From NCBI GenBank assembly GCA_000708835.1, contig DF237297.1:34724-98723 (forward strand): a DNA stretch of 64,000 bases. Reading direction: 5' to 3'. The position numbers were made by a program, and so were the translations under genes. The notes below the pieces were generated by a model that saw only the letters and a program-made list of their open reading frames with translations, searched no databases and had not been told where the DNA came from. Below are positions 24,284 to 38,260 of this stretch, in pieces; position 1 is the first letter of the stretch, and every line of letters begins with the position of its first letter. Source of the DNA: Klebsormidium nitens (lineage: Eukaryota; Plantae; Klebsormidiophyceae).

Positions 24284-24899
24284 GCTAGATGAACTGCAAG
24301 CAGCCTCCTATTTCTCCGCTGACAAGCCAGAGCCAGGCATCCGATATTCTAAGACGACGGATTGAAGCATGCGAGCAAACAGAATAAACTAAAGTAAACA
24401 CAGTACGGTCGAAGGCATAAATTAAAACAGTAGATCACCGTTTTGAAGCCCACTGAGCAGAGGAGCAGGCTTAGATCGGTCCCCTTAGAGTCCGACCTCT
24501 TAGAGTCAAGGCCCACTGAGCTCTGCTCAAATACGTAGTGACGTATGTAGCACGTTTGCCATGTCCCTGCAGTGTTCGCATATACGAGCTCAGCTTGAGG
24601 ACTCAGCCCGCTTCCTTTCTTTGGGTTGTTGCCTGCATTTGGGATCCAATTTGCTGTTTCTGATTAGTTTGCAGCCAAAGAATCTGGGGACGGAATGTTC
24701 ACTGGTGAATTTGTGACGTTCTACACTGGGACTGGAGAGACCGTGACCGTAGTCGGGCCGTAGTCTAGGAGCTGTTACAGTGTGGCGGCATGCATACGGC
24801 CGGAGGAAAGAACGAAAATGCTAAGTTGGCCAGCACAAGTCAGCTGCGCTGTCGGGGCGCCCCCAAAGCTAGTTCAACGTAACTGACGTACCCAGCAAG

Positions 24900-25420
24900 G
24901 ACTCGGACCCCTAGCCACATCCAATTTTGAACTTCGGGATGCATGCACCTTTATCTCAAGTATGGTAAGCTCTGAGCGAGCTTCTGGCAGCTAAGGCCGC
25001 AAGGTAGTATCTCATCATCTAGTTGTCGAAAAACGGAAATGCGGAAAACGGCTCTCCCGCACGTCAATGATTCTATAGAGCTTGACAAGCGTACCGTACC
25101 TAGTACACTTTGCTATATGGGCTCCCGGTCCAGTACGCATGCATGAACTTGGTAGCGTATGATTCTGCAATTGGACAATTCGTGGAACGTTATCATATAT
25201 CTAGACGGTGCTAGTAGGCTTAGTAGCGACTATTCACGTCGTCATATGATCATCATGCGCATCAATTGTTGCACACCGGCTATTGCATAGTGTATGGACG
25301 GACGGTGCAGGCCGGGCAAACATTGTGAAGAGCTAGTTCATTGAAGACAGTTGCGCTGCGACAAAGTCAGACCTAGCTCGAGCTAAACTGCGGTCTTCAT
25401 TGCCAGCACTACTGAGAAAT
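24900..25420. other. Palindrome-rich spacer C, downstream of the RUB gene
   Basis: GATGCATGCA, CGTACCGTAC, TACGCATGCATGA, ATATATCTAGA, CATATGATCATCATGCGCA, GGCCGG, AGCTCGAGCT. Same texture as the convergent-junction tracts. Boundaries approximate. Confidence 0.6.
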
Positions 25421-25937
25421 CATGATGATGCCACGGAGATACGAATATTGAGGTCACTAGACGGGCTGCACTGATGCGCATGCATGTGAGCTAGTTCTTC
25501 TGGCACTGAACTATAGACGATATTTTCAACAGATGCATCGAGTGACCTCGCCGGGCTGTTGCATGACAGCACTTGTGGAACGCCGGCTTTCATTCGCAAT
25601 GACATCCGAAACCTCAGCATTTATATCCATCGCATGTACTTTGCCATTGGGACACCGGCAGATCATACAAGCTCAGCGGCTGGCTCACTTTGCCTTTTGT
25701 CAGCGCCGCGCTCGCAGTCCAAGCGGATGTGGTTAAACAGCACAACGACATGCCTGACTGCCATGACGGCTGTGGTCTGGTTTGGACTTCACCTAGATCG
25801 GGCATCAGCCAGAGCGGCGCCCATTCAGAGCACAATATCAGCTATCTAAGGTCGAGAAGCGTGTACAACGTATGTTTAATGGTCCGCCGGGCGTAATAAG
25901 ATGGCAGATAGAAACAGATCCGTCGTTGCCCAGAGGA

Positions 25938-27556
<1,619 letters not shown>

Positions 27557-28383
27557 CTATTGCAGAGCCTGGGTTACGGTAGTTTGCCGAGTCCGAGTCT
27601 GACTCTGAGCTGCCATGCAAGGACTCGCAACCCCGGTTATAGCTTGGGTTATGGCGGGACTACATGTTAACCCTGCTTCTAAACCACTCGCGCCAAAATC
27701 GTTTGAATCTGCAGAGGGCCTGCTGATCAGTGATCTTTGTGGGATTCTGAGTGAAAGCGTCTTGGAAGTTGGAGTACCGTAGTTCTGCTCTGCTTTGCAC
27801 CAATATACAGACTTTAGCATGTTCAGGACGCCTTCTGCTTGCAAGGACAGAAGAGGCGCTTCAGGGGCGCTTCTGACGTTAGCAACTTTTGATTTCTGGT
27901 CCTTGAAGGCCCTAGATCATTCATTCTAGGCGGATTGCAGTGGTTTCATTGAGGATACTGTCAATGCAAACATTGCAGCAGCCTGTCATTTCTCCTGGGA
28001 GGACCCTGTTCTGAAGGGAGTGGCTGCAAAGTGCGGGCAGCGGTCTAGTGGACTTGCAGAGAAAGGGGTGATGTCTGTGCAGCTAAGAGATTGCCGCATG
28101 GTTTGCTGGCAGCCAACTCATGAGCCCAACTAGAAAGTTGTAAGAAGAAGGCAAGTGGGCCATGAGCATTTGAGGCTCCTTAATCTGCGAAGCTGGGGCG
28201 CACTGTCGTAGAATCAGGATTGAAGCTTCAAAATTGCTAGTCATCGTACAATGTTCAAAGCAGGTGGTCGGCCAAGTGTGGCAAGATAACCCACATCAGT
28301 CTACATAGGTCAGTGTCCAGCAAACCTCTGCTTGTCCTGGTGAACTGAAGGCACATCAACCTTTTGCTCAGCGGGGGCTGAGA

Positions 28384-30288
28384 ATGCCTGCCACTTCCGC
28401 AGTGGTTGAGCGCTTGTCTGTCCCTGCGGCGCTGGAGAAGGAAACTCTCCATCACCTTCCATGTTCCATTGGATACAATGGGCCCGCCAATGTACACAGC
28501 TTCTTCCAACCAAAAAGTACAGGTGAGCTGTTGCTTGAAACCATCCCTTTCAGGGCTCACTACAACAGCTGGAAAGGGAAGCAAATAACCATGGCTGGGC
28601 AGCATTAAGCTAATCATAAGCCACATAATGAATATAAGTGGCAGACCTGCTTACTGGCTTCGATTTGATCACTCCATCATCTGGAGTGCCTTTACTGGTC
28701 CTGACGCAGTCATGTCTGGTGTATTCATGCCACGTTCTAAAAGTGCTTGGGAAGACCAGCAGCCCAAGAGGTAGTAAGTAGTACCTCCTTTGCTGTTGTC
28801 AACCTCCATCACTAAGTGAACCAGTCTTGTTGCAAGTTTATGAGAGTAATATGTCCAGACAAAGTTTGCGGAAGAGCAAGCTAACGTCTGTAAACCATGG
28901 TGACTTCTCATCTCAAGAATGAACGTTGTGCTGTCATCAGGGTCCACCTTTGATGGGGTGACGATTGTGGAAGCAGCCTTTCGAGGACGGAAGTTGCTTG
29001 GGGCTACTGTAGACATTCCGGCAGGTTATCAAGGTGAGTTCTTTTCTAAACCAGTGCAGGAACCAGGCTCCTGTGCCTAGAAGCCCACCAGCCCGTAGAT
29101 TCAGCGCCAGGCCTTGACTCCGCTGCCCCATAGTACTGGATTCGGGGTTGCAAAAGATTTACAGTCTTCATTGAGAGTTGAGAATGGGCAATGAGGATGT
29201 CGACCGCACTCGCATGCGGTGGTGTAAAGCAGTGCGGGACATCAGGGATCACAGCCTGTTAGAGATTCAGGTCATTGTTCTTGAAAAGGAGGGCTTGAAA
29301 ATCTTTGTCTGCAATCTATGTAGGACTGGTTCTGGCCAAGCGTCCACTGGACGCATCACATGAGAAGGAGGGTGAGGCCATCCAGGAATGGACGGCGGAG
29401 GCAACCTTCAGCGCTCTCAGCTACTGGAAGCATGACACCACACCAAGCTCCGCCGATGGTGTCAGGCGCTGTTTCGGGTGGTTGCAGTTGGCAGATCTGG
29501 TGAGCAGGACGGCCAAAGTATACCAGGCTGCCTGGTGCAGCCGCTTCAGACAGTTTCACCCTTGTCTTGTGGGAGGCTCTACGAGCTATTGGAGAAGGGA
29601 TCTAAATGCCGAGCTGAAGGAGCAAAGCAGTAACTTCGATATGATGTAGGAGCAAAGCAGTAACTTCCAGTGCATGACTTCTTTTTTGTCGTCACCTTCT
29701 CACCTGATTGAAAACCTGAGAAGGTCTCAAATGTTTGCAAATTCAGTTGCTTGCTTGGGAAGCATATACTATGATATAGGCCATAGGCATCTCGATTTCT
29801 TTGTCGAAGGAAGTTCATTTTCGAGGTTCAACTCGAAAACCTCCTTTGCACCATCGCTACAGATTCATTCACCGGTGGATGGGGCCACGCATATGCAGAT
29901 GCTACAGAAGATCACTGCAAGTGAGTATTGGATCGGGACTCCCATCGCCAAAGCAATTTCGAGACATGCTTGGAATGTCAGAAGCGACTAGTTTTGCAAG
30001 CTTCTTTAACCTCTCGTACTAAACAATGCTCTCTATGTGTTCCATCATGACGTCCTAGTTGCTGAGGAGAACACGTCTCCTGATTCGACGGAGTTTCGGC
30101 GCAACTATCGTGATCACACATTGGGCTTGTTGGATCAAGAAAGAGGACGGAATTTTTTTTTCACATTATTCTGTAGGACTGGAATCATTTAGCCGCCCTC
30201 ATAGATCTTCTACTGAAGCATCGACCGTTCGTTTCTCTTTGCAGGTGATAGCAGGCCAGGGTCGAAACGCAAGTTGCCAGCTGCTTGA
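28384..30288 (+). CDS. RNASEH2C: Ribonuclease H2 subunit C, 169 aa
   Basis: Exons 28384-28522, 28941-29033, 29324-29499, 29863-29920, 30245-30288; phases consistent. Motifs LHHLPCSIGYNGPANVHSFF, EAAFRGRKLLGATVDIPAGYQGLVL, FSALSYWKHDTTPSSADGVRRCFGWLQLADLIHSPV. Confidence 0.92.
29618..29667 (+). repeat. 20-bp direct repeat in RNASEH2C intron 3
   Basis: AGGAGCAAAGCAGTAACTTC at 29618-29637 and 29648-29667, with a 10-bp spacer. Confidence 0.85.
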
Positions 30289-30359
30289 GATGCTGTTCTT
30301 GCACCCACTACACTCGTTCAGTGCGTCTGCATTGAACCACCGTCGTACAGATTTGGCCT

Positions 30360-30620
30360 CGTATGAATAACGATTACGGGTCACATGGTCATTTATCCCC
30401 ACCTCACATATCATGCATTGGAAGCTTCGATCGTGCAGCCGGCGGGGCGCGCATATATGAACAACTTGACATGATATGGTCAAATCAAGCTAGTTGCGCA
30501 TATAGTCTTTTGATGCACAATTAGGTTTTGCCGCTGCTCAGAGTCCGACCTGGCTCATTGATCAAGTCGTATACAATCCGATGAACGTTCCCTGCATGGC
30601 CGCCAAAATATCTTCAACCA
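30360..30620. other. Palindrome-rich convergent-junction spacer D (short)
   Basis: CATATCATGCAT, AAGCTTCGATCG, GCCGGC, GCGCGCATATATG, TGCGCATATA, TTGATCAA between the 3' ends of RNASEH2C and EMC8/9. Boundaries approximate. Confidence 0.55.
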
Positions 30621-30847
30621 CTGCATGATCATTTAACAACACCGGTAGCTTCGTGTTACTGTATCCTCCATGCAGGCAGCGTGCGCATGTTGAGAGCCTA
30701 GCACAATACCCTCCAGAAAGTCGCTCATTGACCAGGACAGATTGAAGATGACTGCGCAGTTCATTACTTGGAAAAGTCCGTGGTAGAGGTATTCCTCAAT
30801 TGAAGACACATTTACTGAGTGAAAATACCGAGAAGCATTCGCTCCGT

Positions 30848-32962
30848 CTATCTGAAGAAGTCGAGATTCCTCCAGTCTCTGCACAAGACAGCGACGCAAA
30901 AACTGTCAGGCTACTGTGCAGAATGAGCATCGCTCTAGATGTGTATTTCTGAAATGGTCACTTCAGTAGTCTCTTTTCTGTGCCGGAAGGTCCAGAAAGA
31001 AAATACCCAGCAATCTCGAAGTCGAAGTCGAAGTCAAAGTCAAAGTCAAGTAAAGCAGCGCGACTCCAAGTCTTCAAAAACGATGGTACGCTAAGTACCT
31101 CGGAGGGTCGAAAAACGTTTCAAGACTCCTTTAAGAAGTTATTTCAGATCCTTCAAAGTTGAGAGACGGAAAGAGTTCTCACTTATAGAGTTGATGACTT
31201 CAAATTTGGCCGTCCTCAAACAACAAAGCACTTCAACCGAACACCGCTTTCAAAACTTTCAAAACTCCAAAATAGAAGGTGACGGGTGACAGCGCAGCTT
31301 ACTTGGAAACATCGTCAAGGTGGTCGTCGAAGTCTGTGAGACTCCGGTACTTCTTTCCCGCCACGTGGTCGACCAGTACACTTCCCGCCGAAGCATCCCG
31401 CAAGCTCAGGCGAGTGTTCCGCTGCCAACTTGATCGAGCGGTGGTGGTAAAAAGCTGCATGAGGGAGGCAAGGACAACTGGGTGCCACAAACCACGAACC
31501 GAGGACATGGTCGTTTGATACATACGACTGACCGTGGTTGGGTCAGACTTCGTGGCCGACATGAGGAAGCATCTGGGCATGTTGCTAAACTCGCTGGTAT
31601 GTTTCGATAATGCAGAGGTTACATTGAATGCAACGATCCGGGAAAAAATCTAGTCTCACCTGCAGAGTAGCTGTTGATTCCTTCCGCAGGTTCTGTAGCT
31701 TCGTGTTGTCAATCTGCATACAAGAAGGTTGCTCAATAGAGTGTTTACTACCCGGGAAGACACACCAGGCCGAAAATCAACAAGTTGCTAGGTCCATGAA
31801 GTCAAGGACAGACAGAAGACGAAGACTTGGGTGAAGTGCTTGTGATCCGTAACACCTGCAGTCAGGCTTGCATCTTGCTGGCATGCCTTGGAGCATGAAT
31901 CAGGCAGGTCTCGCAAATCAAGCTGCGACAGAATCTGTCATCCCAATTCAAGGAGACTTTGCATGACTAGTTTGATAGGGGCCGCCAGGTTACTGATGGG
32001 CGCGTGTTATTTACTTGGCAACTTGAGCTGACACTCAGGCAGAAGTCTCACCAGAATCACCGCTGCCTGCGGGACATATTGAGCAATCTTGTCAGCAATC
32101 TTCTTGGCAGCGGAGCCCAGATCTGCATCGTTGTACCGTTCATTTGCATGGTAGTACCCTACGATCGAGAGGCCGCCGGCCTGAGACGAGTAATATTCAT
32201 CAACCTGCATCAAATCAGAATCACTCATCAGTGCTTGCTGAGATGTTTGTTAGGCTGTCAGGAACGATCGCAGATATGTGCTGACAGACCTTCGGACCCA
32301 TTTCATTAAGAATAAGGGGTCCAATTCACCTACTTCTACAACACGTTCTCCTGGACAGGCAAGTTCAGACTTAGCATTTGTTTCCGGCAAGAAAAGGGAT
32401 GGAGAGACAATGAGATTGTCAGCCTCAATCAAGCCTCAGCATTTGAGAACCCATCACTGAAACGCCGGTGCTTGAGAGCAAAGAAAGGTGGATCAACAGC
32501 AAGAAGGAAAGTTAAGGAACATGAACTATTAGAACCACTTGGCAACAAAATAACTCTTGTATCTAATCTCTTGCTGAAACAGAGGGGCGGTCCGTAAAAT
32601 GTTCTTCAGGCAGCACAAGGGTGGCTGGCTAGGTACCAGTCCAACCGCAATGACGATTGTTGTTGAGATGCAGACGATGACAGGGACTGCAAAAGCTTCG
32701 GGCAAATTACCTGAGCCAAAGCAACTTCCAGCATGGGCGCCAGCTCTAGATGACTGTGAAAGAGCGGCACCGCATCGTGGATGTCGACCGCCCCTCCCGC
32801 AGCGACAATTGCCTGTGCTCCAGCGTCGTCATTCTGAGGAGACGCGCTGGACACCTTTCCAATCAGCAGCCCATTGACAGCAGCAGCTGGATGCTTGATA
32901 GCGTGCAGGATCAGTTTTATGTATGCTGCCTGATGCAGGCTGTACTTATAGCCACCCGACAT
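30848..32962 (-). CDS. EMC8: ER membrane protein complex subunit 8/9 (UPF0172, MPN-like), 213 aa
   Basis: Exons 32962-32711, 32204-32052, 31713-31660, 31454-31303, 30878-30848. Motifs AYIKLILHAIKHPAAAVNGLLIG, DAVPLFH..LAPMLEVALAQ, IVGYYHANER, LTDFDDHLDDVSKDWRN. Confidence 0.93.
31016..31050 (+). repeat. Hexanucleotide microsatellite in an EMC8/9 intron
   Basis: (TCGAAG)3(TCAAAG)2TCAAG. Confidence 0.85.
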
Positions 32963-34195
32963 CCGGCCCCCAGGTCCGGAAGGAAAGCAGAATTGCGTTC
33001 TCCTCTTCCGTTTTAATCTGCTGAGTACCCGGCTTTTCAAGAGCTATGTGGGACCGGTGGGTGGTGCAGCCACCAATTGAATAAGCGGAGAATGCAGTGC
33101 TGCCTTCAGATCTTCTGCATTGAACAAATCAATTCCGCAAAAGTGGTCTAGCAAGAATCCACCCCGTCCCTCCAAAGTAGCCCTGTCGTGTGTATGTTCA
33201 TCCGCGTGTGTTCCTTTGCTAACCTTCGGGCGCTTTTGGCAGTTTTGCTGAGCGCCTGCCAAATGTTCTCCTGGAAACTCGTCTCTGAAGCTGCTCTGCC
33301 ATTGCAAACGTAGCCGCCCTGACCGGAACCTTCTGCAGACCGGAACCCACCGGAACCCACTACATACAAGGCTAAGCTCAAGCGGAATCCGCCGGTGCCC
33401 TTCCGAGATTCCGCTAGCTGCTTGCCGGCCCTGAGGCTGTGGATTCCGTGCGGCACTCAGAACTCTCTCAACTTCTTGATCGAGCTCTAGAGTGCGGTAG
33501 GCGGGCAGCAGAGGCCGCCATGGATCACAAATGAGAAGCAGCTGATGTTTGCAATCGCAGCAGGCTGCGGATCCAGCTATGTCTGCTTTGCAGCGAGTAC
33601 CGCACAAGTCTGCGGTCGCCCCTTTCCCCATTGACCTTCTGACGGCAGGCGTGGGCTGGCAGGGCTCTGATAATCTGTTTCTGGCACTCGGGAAAGTTCG
33701 CAATACGCCGCAGTGGGAGCACAAGGCAAGGGTTAGGAAGCTTCTGTACCGCTGCATAGGAACTTGTAGAGTGTACTCTGTAGGGGAAAGGCAGCTAGTG
33801 TCCGAAGGTGTTGAGCAGCGGGCCCCTGGCTTGGCATCTGGTGCAAGATCCAGGGAACAAGGCAGGAAAAGGACACGGGCGAATGCAAGCGAGAGTAGTG
33901 GGGCTCGCAGCGGGCCAGAGGATGAGGTGGGGCCTTCAGAAACTGCACACTCAATGCAAGGCTGGTAGCTGGTGCGATCTACAGGTGGTGGTCGTAGTTG
34001 CAAGATCTGCGCGGATAGCCAGCAGGGATACTTCGAGACAGGGTGTTAGCAGGAATTAGCGATGACCTTTGTTCTGGTCTCCAACGCCCATATCACTCTT
34101 CCTGGCCAGGTTCTCTTCAAGATATTTTGCGCGCGCACAAGAACCTTCTTGACAACGTGATGTTCAGAAAGTGGAGATAACTGTTAGAGTCAGGG

Positions 34196-37144
34196 ATGAA
34201 GCACAGCTACCTGGACAGATTGCCGACAATAGTTTCTCTCCTCTTGCAGGTGACACTGGGCGACAGATTGAATGCCATCTCCCATAGAAAGCCGCTCCCC
34301 GGTGTCAATGGCACGGCTGCCCAATCACGGGGCTTCAGCGCTGCAGCTGCGGCCGCGGAGTCAAATGACCCTTCCCTCCCACAATCGCGTTTCCGAAGCC
34401 GCGCTCTCCCGGAACCATCACACGCCCCCCCCGTTGTCAAGGTGTCCAACCGCCACGATGTCGTTGGTGTTCTAGGGGGCATCAGCCCCCGCGCGACGGC
34501 AGACTTCATGCGGCAGGTCATCCAGGCGACCCCCGCCAACTCCAACAAGGACCACATTCCGCTCGTTGTGTCGAGCATCCCCCAGATCCCGTCCCTGTCT
34601 GCGCCCATTCTGAACCGGCCTGCCGGGCCAGCGCTAGATCAGGCGGTCGTGTCCCCCCTGCCAGCCATGCTCGAGACTCGCAGGTTTCTGGAGCAGTCTG
34701 GTGCTCGCTGCATCGTCATGCCCTCCAACATGGCGCACTTCTGGTGTAAGTACTCATCGCCTCATTATCGCCTGCCGTTGGGCACCGGATATGGGACAGA
34801 GACTAAGCGGTTACATGTATCATTGGTGCTTTCCCCTTGCTTTATCAGGTCAGAGCTATACCGTAAATTAGACGTTAGTGGCAAACAGGGATGGATATGG
34901 ACGTCTGAGAAAGAAGTTCAGTTGTAGCATTGAAGTCTACAGCCTGATTGCCTTGTTGGGAGCGAGTCCTTTGTTGCTCTTGGCTGTACTGCCAAAGAAT
35001 CACTGGTCGCCTGGTTCTAATGTATACCGTCCCTCTCCTGGTCCAGACGACCAGCTGGCGCTGGACTGCAGCGTGCCATTCCTGCACATTGCGGATGCGG
35101 TGGTTGAGGAGTTGGACCTGGTGAGAGCGCAACGTAACATGCACTCTGCCAGATCTGAGGCTTGTTTGGAAGCAATCAGGTCCTTGCAGTGTCAGATTCC
35201 TGGAGAGCAACGACTCAATCGGTCTTTCTTCGGGGACGTGAGATTGTCAGATTCTCGGGTTTGTCAGTTAAGGCTCATTCGTACTCTTCTGCAATCTCTT
35301 CCCTCATGCTAACAAAACTCCGAGAGCCTCATGTACACACCAAGGTGCTTCAGATTGCTTGTGAGACACCGACCTCGTCTGGCTTCCCGAGTCTGATTTC
35401 GTTCCTGGACGCGCAGGCGAAGCTGGAGCCGCTGGAGGCGGGGAGTCGGCCCAAGGTGGGGCTGCTGGCCAGCGAGGCCACGCTGAAAGCCAGCATCTAC
35501 CAGCAGAAACTGGAGGCCAGGGTGAGCAACCGCGCGTGGGTGCTCAGCTTCACAATCAGCAAACGTGTGTAGCACGGCGGTGCTGGTGCAACAAGTTCTG
35601 ACGCAATGCCACCCGTTGGTGGAAAGTCTCCCAGCCTGGAGCGCGGGAGTTTTCGTACTCAAAGGTCTCAAGATGAGGGAGCATGAGGGTTGCTGATATC
35701 CAGCAGGGCCGTTCCTCTTGCCGTATCGCAATAACTTCTGATTGCGAGATTCGCTCTACTTAATCACACAACAACCCCGGTATACCTCTTTTCTCCTCTC
35801 AACCACTTTCCATCAAAGGGCGTTGCCGCTCAAGCCTCGATTACGTGGCAATGACGTATCGGGGAATGGCCGAGTTTTGTCGACGTCCGATCTTAAGCCC
35901 TCCGACGCTGTTTCACATATTAATGCAGAAGCTTGTATGACCAACAGGGCAGCCCCGCACCCAGCCAACTTACCCCGCCCGTTTCCAGGCTCGTGGGACC
36001 TCAATTGACCTAAAGGAATGGCGTCTTGCCAACATCCTTCGAAGCTGAAGTGGCTGAATTGTCTTTCGTCATCGTGGTTGCACCCTTGCTGTCCGACACG
36101 GCCCTTCTAGCACTGCGCCGCACGTGAGACCCGGAAAAGGAAATCATGAACCAGGTGCTTGCCCCTTCTCTCGAGCAGCTGTGTCTTTCTGCTGCGCAGG
36201 GGTACACGGTGGTGCTGCCTGACCGCGACACCATGGCCCACGCGGTGCTCCCCGGGATGGAGGCTCTCGAGCGGGGCGACAACGAGGGCGCCAAGAACCT
36301 GCTCGGAATCGGCGTCCAGGTACGTGCGCCCGCAACAGCATCTCTGCTCGCCGGGGCTCGTCAGAGTATGGGCCGTCTGCTGAAGGCTGTGTTTGGGGGG
36401 CGGATTGCTTTTCGTGGGATCGTTTGTTGTTTGTCACAAAGAGGAGAATGACCAAAAGACGATGCTTTTGGAGGAGCGGCGAAACAAAGCCTTTTAAGAG
36501 ACGAACATTGGGACGGCTTCTTCGTGCGTATGGCGATTCTAAGGGGGAACGTCTTGCCGAACCTGTTAAGCAAGGACCCACACTTTCTTAGGATTCTGGT
36601 GGGGCTCAAGCGAGCTCGACGTGAATCTCGTTGTCTTTTGGTTTGGGACGACTTCAGAAAGGGCTTTTGGCGTGTTTTCACATTTTGCAATTGAGAGATT
36701 GGAAATTCTTGCGCTTTGGCCGCGACTCCAACGGTTGCCATGATATCGTTGTGGGACGATTCAATAGCGCCAGCTCCAAAAGCGGCTTTGTCATCAGTTT
36801 ATGAAGACAACTCCGAACTCCCGTGGAGGGGCACCCACCACTACTACTACCCAAAATTACTTTCAAAGCGATGCTTGTTCAGCAGCACCGTTCATTCGCG
36901 TAAGTCATGCTGTCAAGCAGAGTGTGGTGCATTGTCATCATTCCTCAGCTCTGGCTTTCCTGTGTGCCAGATGCTGCTGGTGAACGCGGTGAACGTGGTG
37001 ATCCTGGCCTTCAGCGAGGCCAGCTCCGTGTTCCCGCCGTCGGACCCCATCCTGAAGCGGTGCCTCAGCCCCACCGCAGCCCTGGCCAGGGCGACCGTGC
37101 GCTGGGTCCTTAAGACCAGGGCGGACGCCACTCCGGGCGTGTGA
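34196..37144 (+). CDS. Aspartate/glutamate racemase family protein (AT1G15410-like) lacking both canonical catalytic Cys; N-terminus uncertain
   Basis: Exons 34250-34745, 35047-35120, 35417-35521, 36200-36319, 36971-37144. Motifs VVGVLGGISPRATADF, DHIPLVV, LEQSGARCIVMPSNMAHFW, PFLHIAD, KVGLLASEATL, VNVVILA, DPILKRCLSP..ALARA. The start is either ATG 34196 or an upstream exon (candidate 33578-33731). Confidence 0.85.
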
Positions 37145-37299
37145 ATAGTCAAATAGGTCCTGGTCCGAATACATGTTCTGAATCTTGAGGCTGTTGTGTT
37201 GAGCTTCACGCAGGTTGCTCATCGGTTCCATTTGTCATTAAGTAGTAAAGACAGATTCAACCTTAGACCGATGGTAGCATAATCGTGTACAGATTGCAA

Positions 37300-38260
37300 A
37301 TGATTTGATCAGACCGGGTCTGAATTGATGGAAGCATAATGGTCGATCGATCGGTGTCCAGGCAAAAGCGAGGGATAGCTAGATAGTCGAATAGTACGTT
37401 AGAGCGGATTTGAAGTGATATTAACATTTTCTCCGGGCACGCACATTGGCATGCCCTCAGGTTAGCCAGCCAGGCACGAGCTGCTGCGTTCGGTACGTCT
37501 TCTTCGACCTACAAATCAGAAATGTCAAAAGTTTTAGTACTTCGATGTCTTGAATCTCGACAGCGGATTGGATCAGTAGCGAGTCGTGTAGTGTTCGCTT
37601 TGCATGAAACATGTCACCCACTGTCACTGCATATACTGCGACATGGCAACCACGCGGTATCGAATGATCGGATTGCGATTTTTATTCTTTCAATTCAGCC
37701 AATTAATTTGTTTAGCTCGAATTGCTAGCCGCGCATGCGGGATCCTGAATCAGCTGAGCCGTACAGCAGCCGCCGCGCATGGTACGTACGTACAGCTCGA
37801 TGGACCGGCCGCCCTTTTAAACAAAGTTACTAACTGTACGCATAGCAGGCCATAGGCGTGCAGCTCGAGCGACTAGTCGATCGATCGAGCATATCACATG
37901 CATGCAATGATGACGGCCGCCGCGCGCCGCAATCATGAACGCGCGGTACATTCATGCAGTCTGGCACTGTAAGTCTCATGCAGCGCAGCTGGCAGGCATG
38001 GTAACAATTGGGCATTTACACTGCAATATTCGCACATTGTGCGACATGGCACGCTTCTCAGTCAGGCTCCTGGCGTACCAATAGTTAAGCAATGGTGAAC
38101 ATGCGCACAGTCGGACCACGTAATTATAATCAGTCATTCAACCATGGATCCCTCCGCGGCTGCACTTTTGAGTACTCTGCTATGTGCAACATTTAATCAA
38201 TCAATACTGAACTACGGTGATGTGCATTCTTTTAAAGATTTCTGTCCAAAAGTCAAATCA
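37300..38260. other. Palindrome-rich convergent-junction spacer E
   Basis: GTCGATCGATCG, TAGCTAGA, CGCGCATGCG, GTACGTACGTAC, CCGGCCG, TCGATCGATCGA, CATGCATGCA, GCGCGC, TAATTATAAT between the 3' ends of the racemase and At5g43822-like genes. Boundaries approximate. Confidence 0.7.

Noticed and set aside
25420-25480. ATGATGA...CTGA pair resembling a C/D-box snoRNA
   Set aside because: Only ~50 nt between boxes, no convincing terminal stem and no recognisable rRNA guide.
30199-30483. Minus-strand ORF resembling a U-box/RING (FQCMIC..YSYEAKSVRRWF..CSGC)
   Set aside because: It is antisense to the RNASEH2C last exon and 3' region and runs into spacer D. Core U-box residues are missing and no supporting exon chain exists, so it is most likely coincidence.
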